DNA of 32,000 nucleotides. Origin: Methanocaldococcus jannaschii DSM 2661 (GTDB lineage Archaea > AGJL01 > Methanococci > Methanococcales > Methanocaldococcaceae). Location of the stretch: positions 293,538-325,537 of the forward strand of contig NC_000909.1 in assembly GCF_000091665.1 (NCBI RefSeq), in the 5' to 3' direction. Below the pieces are notes generated by a model. The model saw nothing but the letters and a program-made list of their open reading frames with translations. It made no database searches and was not told the DNA's origin. Every line of letters begins with the position of its first letter. The first letter of the stretch is position 1. Positions 20,382 through 29,641 of the stretch are shown here, one piece after another. The position numbers were made by a program, and so were the translations under genes.

Positions 20382-20749
20382 GATGGCTCACACCATTCGG
20401 TATGTTGTTCATAAGTGGAACATACTATGGACTAATATTTTTTGGTTTAATTATGGAGGTTATTCATAATGCATTGATTAGCTTAGTCTTAGCATTTTTT
20501 GTAGTATTCGCATGGGATTTGGTTTTATCCCTAATATATGGTTTAAGATTTGTTAAAGAGGGGGATTATATAGCTTTGGACTGGGATGGTCAGTTCCCTG
20601 ACTGCTATGGATTGTTTGCAAGCACGTGCCTTTCAGCAGTGATTTGGACATATACAGATTCATTGTTGTTAGGTTTAATTGTCCCAGTCATCATTGTATT
20701 CTTAGGAAAGCAATTAATGCGTGGATTGTATGAAAAAATTAAAAGTTGA
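20378..20749 (+). CDS. Membrane protein between tail chaperone and tape measure genes
   Basis: Four hydrophobic segments (FGMLFISGTYYGLIFFGLIM, LISLVLAFFVVFAWDLVLSLIYG, FASTCLSAVIW, LLLGLIVPVIIVFLG). Confidence 0.65.
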   Translation: MRWLTPFGMLFISGTYYGLIFFGLIMEVIHNALISLVLAFFVVFAWDLVLSLIYGLRFVKEGDYIALDWDGQFPDCYGLFASTCLSAVIWTYTDSLLLGLIVPVIIVFLGKQLMRGLYEKIKS

Positions 20750-23270
20750 AGGAACGTTAGAATTGAACTTGGATGATAAGGATGTAAGGAAAAATCTAAA
20801 ATCATTAGAAAAAATAAAATCAAAATTAGAGATAGAGAGCAATATCAACGCAGTAATTAAGCAGTTGGATGAGTTAAAAAATGTCAAATCAGAAGTTGAA
20901 TTTAAGAGCAATATAAATATGATAATTAGAGAGTTGGAAGAGATAGAGGCAGATGCCTCAAAAATGAACATAAACTTTGATTATGACTTATCAAAACTAA
21001 AAAGTGAATTGGAACAATTGAAAAACACAAAAATAGATATTAAAACAAATACAGACCAGATATTAAAACAAATCAATAAAATAAAAAGTGAATTATCCGA
21101 AAAACAAACAATTAGGGCAAAGGTTGAAGTGGATAGGACAGAATGGGATAAACTAAAGAAGGAATGGTCTGAAAAATATCACATAAACGCAATTGCAGAT
21201 GTGGCAAGTGTAGGGACTGCATACATGGGGATTTCCGACGCTGAAAAATACAACGAACTAATGACAATTTTAAGAGAAAGGGGCTTAACTAAAGACCAAG
21301 CAGAGAGATTAATACAAATCGGCTTATATAACGGCTATTCTTTAGATGAAATTAGAGACGGGATTGTATATTCCAATGAGGCGGTTTTAAAGTTGGCAGC
21401 ATCAAACGATAAATATGCAGCTCAAATATTAGCAGCAATGGCAATGGCTGAAAGAGGAGGAGAACCTGGAGCTGATGATATAGCAAGGATGATTTCAGCA
21501 CTAACAGCAATGGGAAAATCAAATGAAGAAATAATGAAAATGGTGAATGCTGAAGTTTTAGAAATGAAGCAAGGGCATACAGAAGTTGCAGAAGCAATTA
21601 GGGAATTCAGCATAACTATGGGAGATACCTTAGACCCTGAGAAATTTGCATCTATATTAATTCAAGCACAGGCAGCTGGAGCTCAAGATGTTGGACAGTT
21701 GGCAGAGGCAATAAATGATTTGGCATTAAACTCAAGACAGATGGGATTTGATGTTGAAAAAGCATTGAGGGAAATTCAAAAAACAAAAGATGATAAAACA
21801 TTAGCTGAGTTAGCAAAAAAGTATGGCTTAACTTATGAACAAATAGTTAAAATTCATGATTATTTACAGAGAGTGGATTTAGATAAGGGCTTGCCAGACA
21901 ATACCAACGAATTGGATAGGTTAATAAGCATAAATAAAGACCAAAAGGGTATTTTAGAAACAATTAAGCAGGATATTGAGGGCTGGTTAGCAGGTCATGG
22001 ATATTTGCAATATGGGGCAGAGCTTGGAGTAGGTCTTGGAGGTCTTGGAAAAATACTTGAAATAGCAATTGGTGCAGCAATTGGTTCTGCATTAAAAGAT
22101 GCTTTTGGTGAAATTAAATCCACATTATTTGGTAAAATTAGTTTGGATAATTTAAAACTTCCAGAACTCTCAAAAATCAAATTACCTGTTGATTTAGAAA
22201 TCCCAAAAATTCCAAAAATTAGCATGCCTAAAATTAAACTTCCAGTTGATTTAAAACTTCCAAAAATCCCAAAAATCAACATACCAAAAATTAACCTACC
22301 AAACGTCTCTGGATTATCTAATGCATTTAAGGGCTTAGGTGAAGCTGTTAGGTTTGCCGGAAGAGCTTTCGGATTTTTGTCAGTTGTTGTAGAGCCAGTA
22401 AAACAACTATTGGAAGGAGATATACAAGGAGCTATAGAGCATTTAAAAGTTGGGCTTATTGAATTAGCGGCTTGGCCTGTTGCATTGGGTGAAGCATTAG
22501 CAGCTGTTACATTAGCAGTTGGTGATTTCTTAGGATTGTTTGATTTAGATGGGGACTCACCATTATCCGCTGCAAGAGCTGGAATTCTAACACTCTTGGC
22601 AGCATTTGAATCAATATATAGTTTTATTACTGGTGATTGGAGCGTTGTTCAAAATACATTACAAGAGGCATTTGAAGAGTTAGGGATGAAAGAAGATGAA
22701 GCCAGACAAGCAGCTGAAAACTTAGCTCAGCAATGGCAACAATTACCTCAGCAAATATTAGATGCATTTAATGGTTTTGTTGATAACATTAAACAAACAT
22801 TTGATGAATGGTGGAATGGATTGAATGAATGGTGGTCTCAAAAAATAGAAGAAGCTAAGAACTGGGGTAGTGATTTGATTCAAAATATAATTGATGGAAT
22901 AAAAGAGAAATTTTCAGAGTTGGAGAATGCTGTAAGTCAAGCTGCGGGTATTATCTCCAGTTACTTACATCACACCACTCCAGATGTAGGGCCATTAAAA
23001 GACGACGATAAATGGGGAATCCATTTTATGGAAAACATTATTGGTGGAATTAGAAAAGAAATTCCTAACTTAAAGAAAACTATTGATTATACTGCTAAAC
23101 TGATGAGCTCCGCGAATCCTAAAAATTGGAAAATTCAACAAGTAGGAATAACACACAGCACATCTTACTCTTATGGAGATATACACATAAATGTAGTTGG
23201 AAATAGCTTTAATGAGCATCAATTAGCTCAAAAAATTGCTTTGATTTTGAAAAAACAAAGGTTTAGATGA
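20730..23270 (+). CDS. Tail tape measure protein
   Basis: Longest ORF in the operon (>840 aa); repeated coiled coils, a hydrophobic/Ala-rich centre, [KI]-P repeats; follows the chaperone genes. Confidence 0.82.
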   Translation: MKKLKVEGTLELNLDDKDVRKNLKSLEKIKSKLEIESNINAVIKQLDELKNVKSEVEFKSNINMIIRELEEIEADASKMNINFDYDLSKLKSELEQLKNTKIDIKTNTDQILKQINKIKSELSEKQTIRAKVEVDRTEWDKLKKEWSEKYHINAIADVASVGTAYMGISDAEKYNELMTILRERGLTKDQAERLIQIGLYNGYSLDEIRDGIVYSNEAVLKLAASNDKYAAQILAAMAMAERGGEPGADDIARMISALTAMGKSNEEIMKMVNAEVLEMKQGHTEVAEAIREFSITMGDTLDPEKFASILIQAQAAGAQDVGQLAEAINDLALNSRQMGFDVEKALREIQKTKDDKTLAELAKKYGLTYEQIVKIHDYLQRVDLDKGLPDNTNELDRLISINKDQKGILETIKQDIEGWLAGHGYLQYGAELGVGLGGLGKILEIAIGAAIGSALKDAFGEIKSTLFGKISLDNLKLPELSKIKLPVDLEIPKIPKISMPKIKLPVDLKLPKIPKINIPKINLPNVSGLSNAFKGLGEAVRFAGRAFGFLSVVVEPVKQLLEGDIQGAIEHLKVGLIELAAWPVALGEALAAVTLAVGDFLGLFDLDGDSPLSAARAGILTLLAAFESIYSFITGDWSVVQNTLQEAFEELGMKEDEARQAAENLAQQWQQLPQQILDAFNGFVDNIKQTFDEWWNGLNEWWSQKIEEAKNWGSDLIQNIIDGIKEKFSELENAVSQAAGIISSYLHHTTPDVGPLKDDDKWGIHFMENIIGGIRKEIPNLKKTIDYTAKLMSSANPKNWKIQQVGITHSTSYSYGDIHINVVGNSFNEHQLAQKIALILKKQRFR

Positions 23271-23279
23271 GGTGATATT

Positions 23280-23822
23280 ATGGCCGTACTTGCATCATCC
23301 ACAGAACCAGAACCTACAGAGTCATTACTACAACAAACTAATGAATTATTAATTATTGGCAAAGGAGCTATAGTTTATAAAGAATTCACTACTGGGGTAG
23401 ATGCGAGAATTATAGACTCTCAAACGATAGGAATAGGGATTCCATTTAATTATTATCCGTTTATGTGTATGGTATTAGATGATGCAGGTAATGGAATACC
23501 AATGCAAGAATTTACTTCAGCACCTGGCAGTTTAACTGTAAAAGTAGCAGCAACATTGGACTCTACAAAAACTTATAAAATAATTGCATTTTTGATTGGA
23601 GACTCAATGAAAATAATAACATCCATTCAAAGTCAATCTGGAACTGTCACTGAGATTGCTCCAGGATTTGGAATATTTAAAGTCATTTACAATGACACTG
23701 AGGGAACTGACACACTAACAATAAATTATGATGATGGAACCAGTGAAACAATAACAGTTGATAAAAGTAACTTATGGACTGTGTTACCAATGCAACTACC
23801 AGATGCAGAAAGGGTAGCATAG
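23280..23822 (+). CDS. Putative tail/virion structural protein, beta-rich
   Basis: 180-codon ORF with a C-terminal beta repeat (DTLTINYDDGTSETITVDKSNLW). Confidence 0.5.
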   Translation: MAVLASSTEPEPTESLLQQTNELLIIGKGAIVYKEFTTGVDARIIDSQTIGIGIPFNYYPFMCMVLDDAGNGIPMQEFTSAPGSLTVKVAATLDSTKTYKIIAFLIGDSMKIITSIQSQSGTVTEIAPGFGIFKVIYNDTEGTDTLTINYDDGTSETITVDKSNLWTVLPMQLPDAERVA

Positions 23823-23833
23823 TGGTGATTGTT

Positions 23834-24727
23834 ATGCCTCCTCTAATCTCAAACAATACTTTTTTTTTGATGAATACTACAAACGATGGCAATGGTGGCA
23901 GTGTTAGTTACGATTATCCACTTTTATCCAATCAAAACTCACTGATAACTAACACAACGAACAATTTAACTTCAGACTCAACAAACACCGACATTTCTAA
24001 TGAAACTCCAATACTGTCCAACAATACTCCAATTCTAATGAATACACCAACTAATCCAAATTCAGATTCTGATACTACAACTCCTACTGTTGTTTCACAT
24101 ACAGTTGAATTAATCACCGAAGAGAAAAAAGTCATCTCAAAAATAGTTTATTCAGATGGAACAGAAGATGTGAAAGAGTTGGATTTAACCGATTTCTACA
24201 ATAGTGCTTACAATGAAGGATATTCTGCAGGTGTGAATTCAGTTGATTTTAGTAAAACAGGTTACATAATTGAAAATGGAATTATCAAAGTAACAACTAC
24301 ACTAACTAATGGAAAATCACAAGAATATAACATTACTCTTGATGAAAACTTAGTTGTTAGTTTATATAACCAAATAATGGCTAATAAAAGTAGCTGTTTC
24401 CAAATTAGACAGAATGAAACAGAATACAGCTTTTTAGTTGAAAGTAGGCAATATCAACCACAACCAAACTTAGCATATCAACCAGCCGTAGATGGAACGC
24501 CAGTTTATGAAGTGTTAGGACAGGAACAAAAAACTTGGAGTTTCACTCTTTATGTTGATTCAATTCCAAAAATGCAATTCTTACAACAGTTAGCAAGTAA
24601 TCCCCTGATAGAAGTTTATTTTGATGAGATTGGTGATTGGAAACAGGCTTTAATTCAGAGTATTTCCTTGTCAAGGATAACTACTGGACATTATTATGCT
24701 GATATTGAACTTATAATTTTAGAATAA
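23834..24727 (+). CDS. Distal tail-like protein with Asn/Thr-rich N-terminal region
   Basis: C-terminal half YEVLGQEQKTWSFTLYVDSIPKMQFLQQLASNPLIEVYFDEIGDWKQALIQSISLSRITTGHYYADIELIILE; low-complexity N-T-S region. ATG start after GGTGATTGTT; the longer 23774 start overlaps the previous gene. Confidence 0.5.
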   Translation: MPPLISNNTFFLMNTTNDGNGGSVSYDYPLLSNQNSLITNTTNNLTSDSTNTDISNETPILSNNTPILMNTPTNPNSDSDTTTPTVVSHTVELITEEKKVISKIVYSDGTEDVKELDLTDFYNSAYNEGYSAGVNSVDFSKTGYIIENGIIKVTTTLTNGKSQEYNITLDENLVVSLYNQIMANKSSCFQIRQNETEYSFLVESRQYQPQPNLAYQPAVDGTPVYEVLGQEQKTWSFTLYVDSIPKMQFLQQLASNPLIEVYFDEIGDWKQALIQSISLSRITTGHYYADIELIILE

Positions 24728-24736
24728 GGTGATAAA

Positions 24737-25042
24737 ATGGAAGACATGATTACTCTTACAGACGAAAGAAAGACAGTCAAATTTGAAAATCTTCCAGAAA
24801 TTTATGTTAGAGTTCATGATGAAGCCAAAGGTTTAGTTTTAACTGTTAAGAATCCTTACGATACGGATGTATATGCTAAAGTGTATTATGCTCCTGATGG
24901 AGAAAATTATGACACTGTAACTTCTGAAGTTGTTAAATACGATTACCAAGCACAAAAAACAGAATTAATACCCATTAAGCACCCATATATGAAAATATCA
25001 TTTGATTCTGCTGTTTCAGGGTGGGTGTCATATATAAAATAA
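24737..25042 (+). CDS. Hypothetical beta-rich virion-associated protein
   Basis: 101 codons in the operon, beta-sandwich-like pattern YVRVHDEAKGLVLTVKNPYDTDVYAKVYYAPDGENYDTVTSEVV. Confidence 0.5.
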   Translation: MEDMITLTDERKTVKFENLPEIYVRVHDEAKGLVLTVKNPYDTDVYAKVYYAPDGENYDTVTSEVVKYDYQAQKTELIPIKHPYMKISFDSAVSGWVSYIK

Positions 25043-25052
25043 AGGTGATACT

Positions 25053-25508
25053 ATGGGATTTGACCCAGTAACTTTTGCAAAAATAAAGAAAATTTCAATA
25101 GATTCAAATGCAGATGGATACATCGACTACGCAAATCAGGCAGGAAATGCTGATAAGTTAGACGGAAAAGATGCATCAGATTTTTTATCAATTGATTCAT
25201 TTAAAGATTTAAAAGAAGATAATGGATACATAAAATTTCCAACGGGGCTTATTATGCAGTGGGGGAAGGTTTATGTCAATAATACCACATCATATCAAGA
25301 AATTCCTGTAAATTTTACCATTGAATTCCCGAACAAATGTCTAAACGTATTTGCATCAATATATGAGGGTTCTGGAGTTGATAATGACTATATCAAATGT
25401 ATAACAAGAATTGCAAACATTACAACTAAAGGGTGTGTTGTTTGTATTACAGATATCAGTGGTGCAAGTGGAGATGTAGGATTTTTCTGGTTTGCAATAG
25501 GATATTAA
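25053..25508 (+). CDS. Tail fibre/receptor-binding-like protein with C-terminal tip domain
   Basis: AGNADKLDGKDASDFLS then NGYIKFPTGLIMQWGKVYV...PVNFTIEFPNKCLNVFASI...GDVGFFWFAIGY, matching the tail-fibre tip pattern known from bacterial phages. Confidence 0.7.
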   Translation: MGFDPVTFAKIKKISIDSNADGYIDYANQAGNADKLDGKDASDFLSIDSFKDLKEDNGYIKFPTGLIMQWGKVYVNNTTSYQEIPVNFTIEFPNKCLNVFASIYEGSGVDNDYIKCITRIANITTKGCVVCITDISGASGDVGFFWFAIGY

Positions 25509-25525
25509 AGTATATGGTGTAAAGT

Positions 25526-26077
25526 ATGAAAACAATTGTCATAGATAAATCAATGTCCGTAGATATAGAGTATTCAATTAATGCCATTGACCAGTGTAAT
25601 ATAACTTCATTGAAAGATTTACAAATCCAACCTTTTGACCAATGTATTATACTTTGGAATGATAAAATAATTTTCAGAGGATATTGCATTGATGCAAGAT
25701 TATCACAGAGTTTTGGACAGCAACAGTATGAATATACTATTAACAGCCCCCTCTGGATTCTAAGCCAGCAAAAAACTACGGCAAAAACTACATTTTTACA
25801 GATTTTCTTAAAAGAGTGTTGCAATTTATGTAATTTGGAACTGGATTATCAATTAGATTCAAATCCACTGATTTACATTGAAGAAAGTAGTTATTTTGAT
25901 GCATTAAAAAAGTGCATACTTTATACAAAAAACTACAATACAAGATTTTACGTTGATTATGAATACAATTCATTAATTTTTACAGATAAAATTTCAGGAC
26001 AACATCCAAAAGAAGAGAAAGTTGTCGGTTATGAATTTGAATGGGATACTGAGATTATAAACCAAGTAAGGTGGTAA
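25526..26077 (+). CDS. Putative tail hub / baseplate protein, N-terminal part
   Basis: MKTIVIDKSMSVDIEYSINAIDQCNITSLKDLQIQPFDQCIILWNDKIIFRGYCIDARLSQSFG... EWDTEIINQV; phage hub protein-like. Confidence 0.5.
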   Translation: MKTIVIDKSMSVDIEYSINAIDQCNITSLKDLQIQPFDQCIILWNDKIIFRGYCIDARLSQSFGQQQYEYTINSPLWILSQQKTTAKTTFLQIFLKECCNLCNLELDYQLDSNPLIYIEESSYFDALKKCILYTKNYNTRFYVDYEYNSLIFTDKISGQHPKEEKVVGYEFEWDTEIINQVRW

Positions 26078-28458
26078 TAATGCCCTTTGTTCATTACATT
26101 GATGAAGAAAATTTCGATGATAAATTAAAAGAATGGACACTTGGTTTGAACAGTGATTATGTGAATCCTTATGATTCTGGTGAGACACAATACATTAACA
26201 GTAATTACCCCTGGCCAGCCAATATAAACAGTTTATCATCCAAAATATGCGAAATGGGTCTAATTGAGATGGATGGAGTTGAAATTAGGAGTGTTCCACT
26301 TCACTGGGTATCTACAGTATCAGTTCCAACAGCTCCAAGTTCATCCTTTGTTTTCAATATCCCATCGATGTTCCAGGAATGTATGTATGAATGTCATATT
26401 TACAATCTACCACCTGATGCAGGCGTCACTGCTACATATAATGCATATTTTGACAACAATTTTCCAATTCCATACAAATACACTCTTACCATACAAACAT
26501 CTGCTGATGATATGTTTAATAATCAAGATTACAAAATTTGGATGAATGGAACATGGGGGCCGAGTTTTCATATACCTGAAAGTGGGACTAAAATCCTTGA
26601 GTTTCCAATTAAGTATGGAAAATTGAATATATCATTTGGTATCTCTGGAAGTTCTCTCACTGTAACTCTAATGTGGATTATTGAGAATAACAATATAAAC
26701 GACTTCTTTGACCCAGATACGGAGGATTATTGGCAATTGATAGGGCGGAACATCAACATTGTCTTTGGTAACTTCCTACCAAAACACTTCCCAAGAGGTT
26801 ACATCAATCCAATTCAAAACCGAACATATTTGGAGAAAAGAATACTTAACACTGGTGATGCGAGTAACCCAACCACAATAGAATACCTTTGGGGGTCTGT
26901 AACTCTTCTTCCTGATTTAGAAAGTTGGCAGTTTTATGACGATAAGGGTAACTCTGTAGATTCAAAATATGCCACAATCAGTGATGATGGATATGTTAGT
27001 ATTTATTATGAGGAAATGATAAAAGATGGCTACTTCCCAAAGGCAATATATCTCTGGACTGTTCATAAAGAGTCATATCTTGAAGCTGAACCAAGCATTG
27101 GAACCTTTGAACGTAATGAAGAATCTGGGGTGTCAGAAAGATGTGATTTTGACATTATCGCATTCAAAAAGAAATATACGGGCAACTTATTAACTTGCGT
27201 TCCTCTTATTGTGTATTTTAGACCTTGTGAAGTTCCATTGGGAGATATTAACAAATGGGGCTGGCAACCATACATTTACTACTTTGACACTTACAACGTC
27301 AAACCATACTGTGAAAAGTTCATCGTAAGACCCAAGTGTATATGTTATAGGAATTCCGACCCAAATGAAAAAACAATCACATTCGACATAGAATATGAGA
27401 TAAATGTGGATACTAAATACTTGGGTTGGTTCCAACCTGAACTTAGATTATATTATGGCGGTGTTTTAGTAGATTCAAAAACTGGAGATGTAAGCAATTT
27501 CACTTACACATTTAGAATGCCACAAAATACCATTGAAACTTATGAAATGAAACTTTTTATTGGAGGAGTTGAGGTTGCGAAAGAACAAATAATAGTTGAA
27601 AGACAAAAATACTGTCATAGTTTATCAATTGAAGCAAAAACTTATGACAAAGAAGGAAATGAAACTGATAAATTCCCACATCCAACGAGTGCAGATTATG
27701 ATGAAAATAAACACTCTGAAATAATTGTTAAAATAAAAATAAAAGATGAGCAAGGCAATTATATTGATGTTCCAATTGAAAACATATTTATTAATTGGCA
27801 ATATCCTCTGAATAAAATAAACACTGGAATTTATGAAGTAAGAATACCAAACACTGCCGATAATGCACTGAATATTCAAGATTATGGAATTGCAATCTAT
27901 ATAGACAAAGATTGGTGCGATGAAAACGGCTATTACAACAAATACAACATTGAAGCCGAAAATGTAATAATAAATAGCGACAAAATAGAAAGAATTGGTT
28001 TGTGGAACTTTGAAGGAATAACTGGCTATGAAAATGGAACCACTTTACTAAATCAGGTTTATGAAACTGTATCTGGAACATTTGTAAATCCAATATGCGA
28101 ATTTAGTGTAGTAGAACAACTGAATGAAGACAGGGACTTAAAACAATATAGTTATTGTTATAGGATTTATGGCAGCCCAATGACGTTAAATTTACCAACT
28201 TATACTGATGATGAGTTAAAAGAACTCGCTAAGGCAATAGTTAGAGAAATGGGACAACCAAGGAAAATAGAAACCTTCACAATCCTAAGTAAAGAACTTC
28301 AAAAAATAAACAGTTCAATTACTGTAGATTATAATGGACAACTAATTTCAATGCCTGTATATTCTGTAAGATTCAGTTTAGAAAACTCGAACATTCAAAT
28401 TCAAATAAGAAACGACCAGTTAAAATTGTTGAAAGATTACTTATCATTAATTAAGTAA
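26071..28458 (+). CDS. Large tail/hub-associated protein (795 aa)
   Basis: GTG start overlapping the preceding stop; Tyr/Asn/Pro-rich beta domains; C-terminus ...SSITVDYNGQLISMPVYSVRFSLENSNIQIQIRNDQL. Confidence 0.55.
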   Translation: MVIMPFVHYIDEENFDDKLKEWTLGLNSDYVNPYDSGETQYINSNYPWPANINSLSSKICEMGLIEMDGVEIRSVPLHWVSTVSVPTAPSSSFVFNIPSMFQECMYECHIYNLPPDAGVTATYNAYFDNNFPIPYKYTLTIQTSADDMFNNQDYKIWMNGTWGPSFHIPESGTKILEFPIKYGKLNISFGISGSSLTVTLMWIIENNNINDFFDPDTEDYWQLIGRNINIVFGNFLPKHFPRGYINPIQNRTYLEKRILNTGDASNPTTIEYLWGSVTLLPDLESWQFYDDKGNSVDSKYATISDDGYVSIYYEEMIKDGYFPKAIYLWTVHKESYLEAEPSIGTFERNEESGVSERCDFDIIAFKKKYTGNLLTCVPLIVYFRPCEVPLGDINKWGWQPYIYYFDTYNVKPYCEKFIVRPKCICYRNSDPNEKTITFDIEYEINVDTKYLGWFQPELRLYYGGVLVDSKTGDVSNFTYTFRMPQNTIETYEMKLFIGGVEVAKEQIIVERQKYCHSLSIEAKTYDKEGNETDKFPHPTSADYDENKHSEIIVKIKIKDEQGNYIDVPIENIFINWQYPLNKINTGIYEVRIPNTADNALNIQDYGIAIYIDKDWCDENGYYNKYNIEAENVIINSDKIERIGLWNFEGITGYENGTTLLNQVYETVSGTFVNPICEFSVVEQLNEDRDLKQYSYCYRIYGSPMTLNLPTYTDDELKELAKAIVREMGQPRKIETFTILSKELQKINSSITVDYNGQLISMPVYSVRFSLENSNIQIQIRNDQLKLLKDYLSLIK

Positions 28459-28509
28459 ATTTAAATTAATAAATGTAAATTGGAATAAAAAATAAAAATC
28501 AATAAAAAA

Positions 28510-28827
28510 TCACTTAAATCCAAATAATAATTTTATCAACTCTATGGCATTAGGATTAGTTATAATTATAGCAAATAAGATTATCAAAGTGTGTATAATA
28601 AGCTTATATTCTAATTCTTTCTTAACCATTTCAATTTTCCCGTCTAAATATTTAATGTCTTCCTTTGTAGCCAATTCACCCCTCAACTCATCCTTTAATT
28701 CAGTTTTAACTGCAAGTTTTTCCTCTTTAACAATCTCTATAATTGCATTATACAACTCCTCTGCCTCTTTTTCATCCTTAACCTTTTTAAGTATCAACTC
28801 ATATAACTTAGCATAGGCAACTGCCAT
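28510..28827 (-). CDS. Coiled-coil protein with C-terminal transmembrane anchor
   Basis: ELATKEDIKYLDGKIEMVKKELEYKLIIHTLIILFAIIITNPNAIELIKLLFG; similar in architecture to DUF1640/CCDC90-like small proteins. Confidence 0.6.
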   Translation of the reverse strand: MAVAYAKLYELILKKVKDEKEAEELYNAIIEIVKEEKLAVKTELKDELRGELATKEDIKYLDGKIEMVKKELEYKLIIHTLIILFAIIITNPNAIELIKLLFGFK

Positions 28828-28874
28828 AACACCACCACGTAATCATTAATCTCTATTTTTAAGCTCAAAGTATA

Positions 28875-29141
28875 TTAAAGTTGTTCATTTGGTATCATTT
28901 CAACCTTCTCTTTTAAGTCCCTAATCGTCTCTTCATTAAACTTTATCATCTTAATACAATTCTCAATCTCAATCTTTAATAACTCTTCTGTTAATTTACA
29001 GCCCTTACCTCTAATTAAATATAAAGTTCTCTTATAATCAGCTATTTTATTTCTAAGCTTTAGATTTTCTCTTTTCAAATGATTTATTTTAATAATCAAC
29101 TCTATTCTCTCAGTTCTACAACCATGCCTAACTTTTGCCAT
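28875..29141 (-). CDS. Small basic coiled-coil protein
   Basis: 88 codons; [29 protein letters not shown]. Confidence 0.5.
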
Positions 29142-29161
29142 AGAATCACCAAAAAAAGAGT

Positions 29162-29572
29162 TTAAAACTCTGTCAATTTTTTAACACCAACAACCCTTAA
29201 ATCTTCCATGTGTTCTGGCTTGATGACAACACCAACCTCCCCATCCACAGTAATCACAGCAGGAAAATCTACATCATAATAACACTGCACATCTTTAATA
29301 TTATATCCCATTGATTTTAATATTGTCAAAGCCGCATTTACCAAATCAGGAGAATACCTAACTCCATTTTCAGCCGCATCCATGCAAAACTCAGCAATAA
29401 TCTTTGTCTTAGATTTCGTAGTCTCTGAATCATTAATATAACATTGGCACCTATTAACCAGCAACCTTCTTAATTCAGAGTTCAACCTCACTATTCCAAT
29501 TGTCCATTTCCCATTTACAACACCAGACTCTAAAACTTCCAACAACTTAGCCCTTATATCAGAATTCTCCAT
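29162..29572 (-). CDS. Hypothetical provirus early-region protein
   Basis: Start trimmed to [17 protein letters not shown] after GGTGAAATC. Confidence 0.5.
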
Positions 29573-29641
29573 GATTTCACCTCCAAAAGTTTTGGGACTC
29601 ATTTTTTCCACCATATCATCACCAAAAAAATTTTAAAAAAA

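Noticed and set aside
28544-28816. Plus-strand ORF opposite 28510..28827
   Set aside because: Ser/Asn/Leu-rich reverse reading of a coiled-coil gene.
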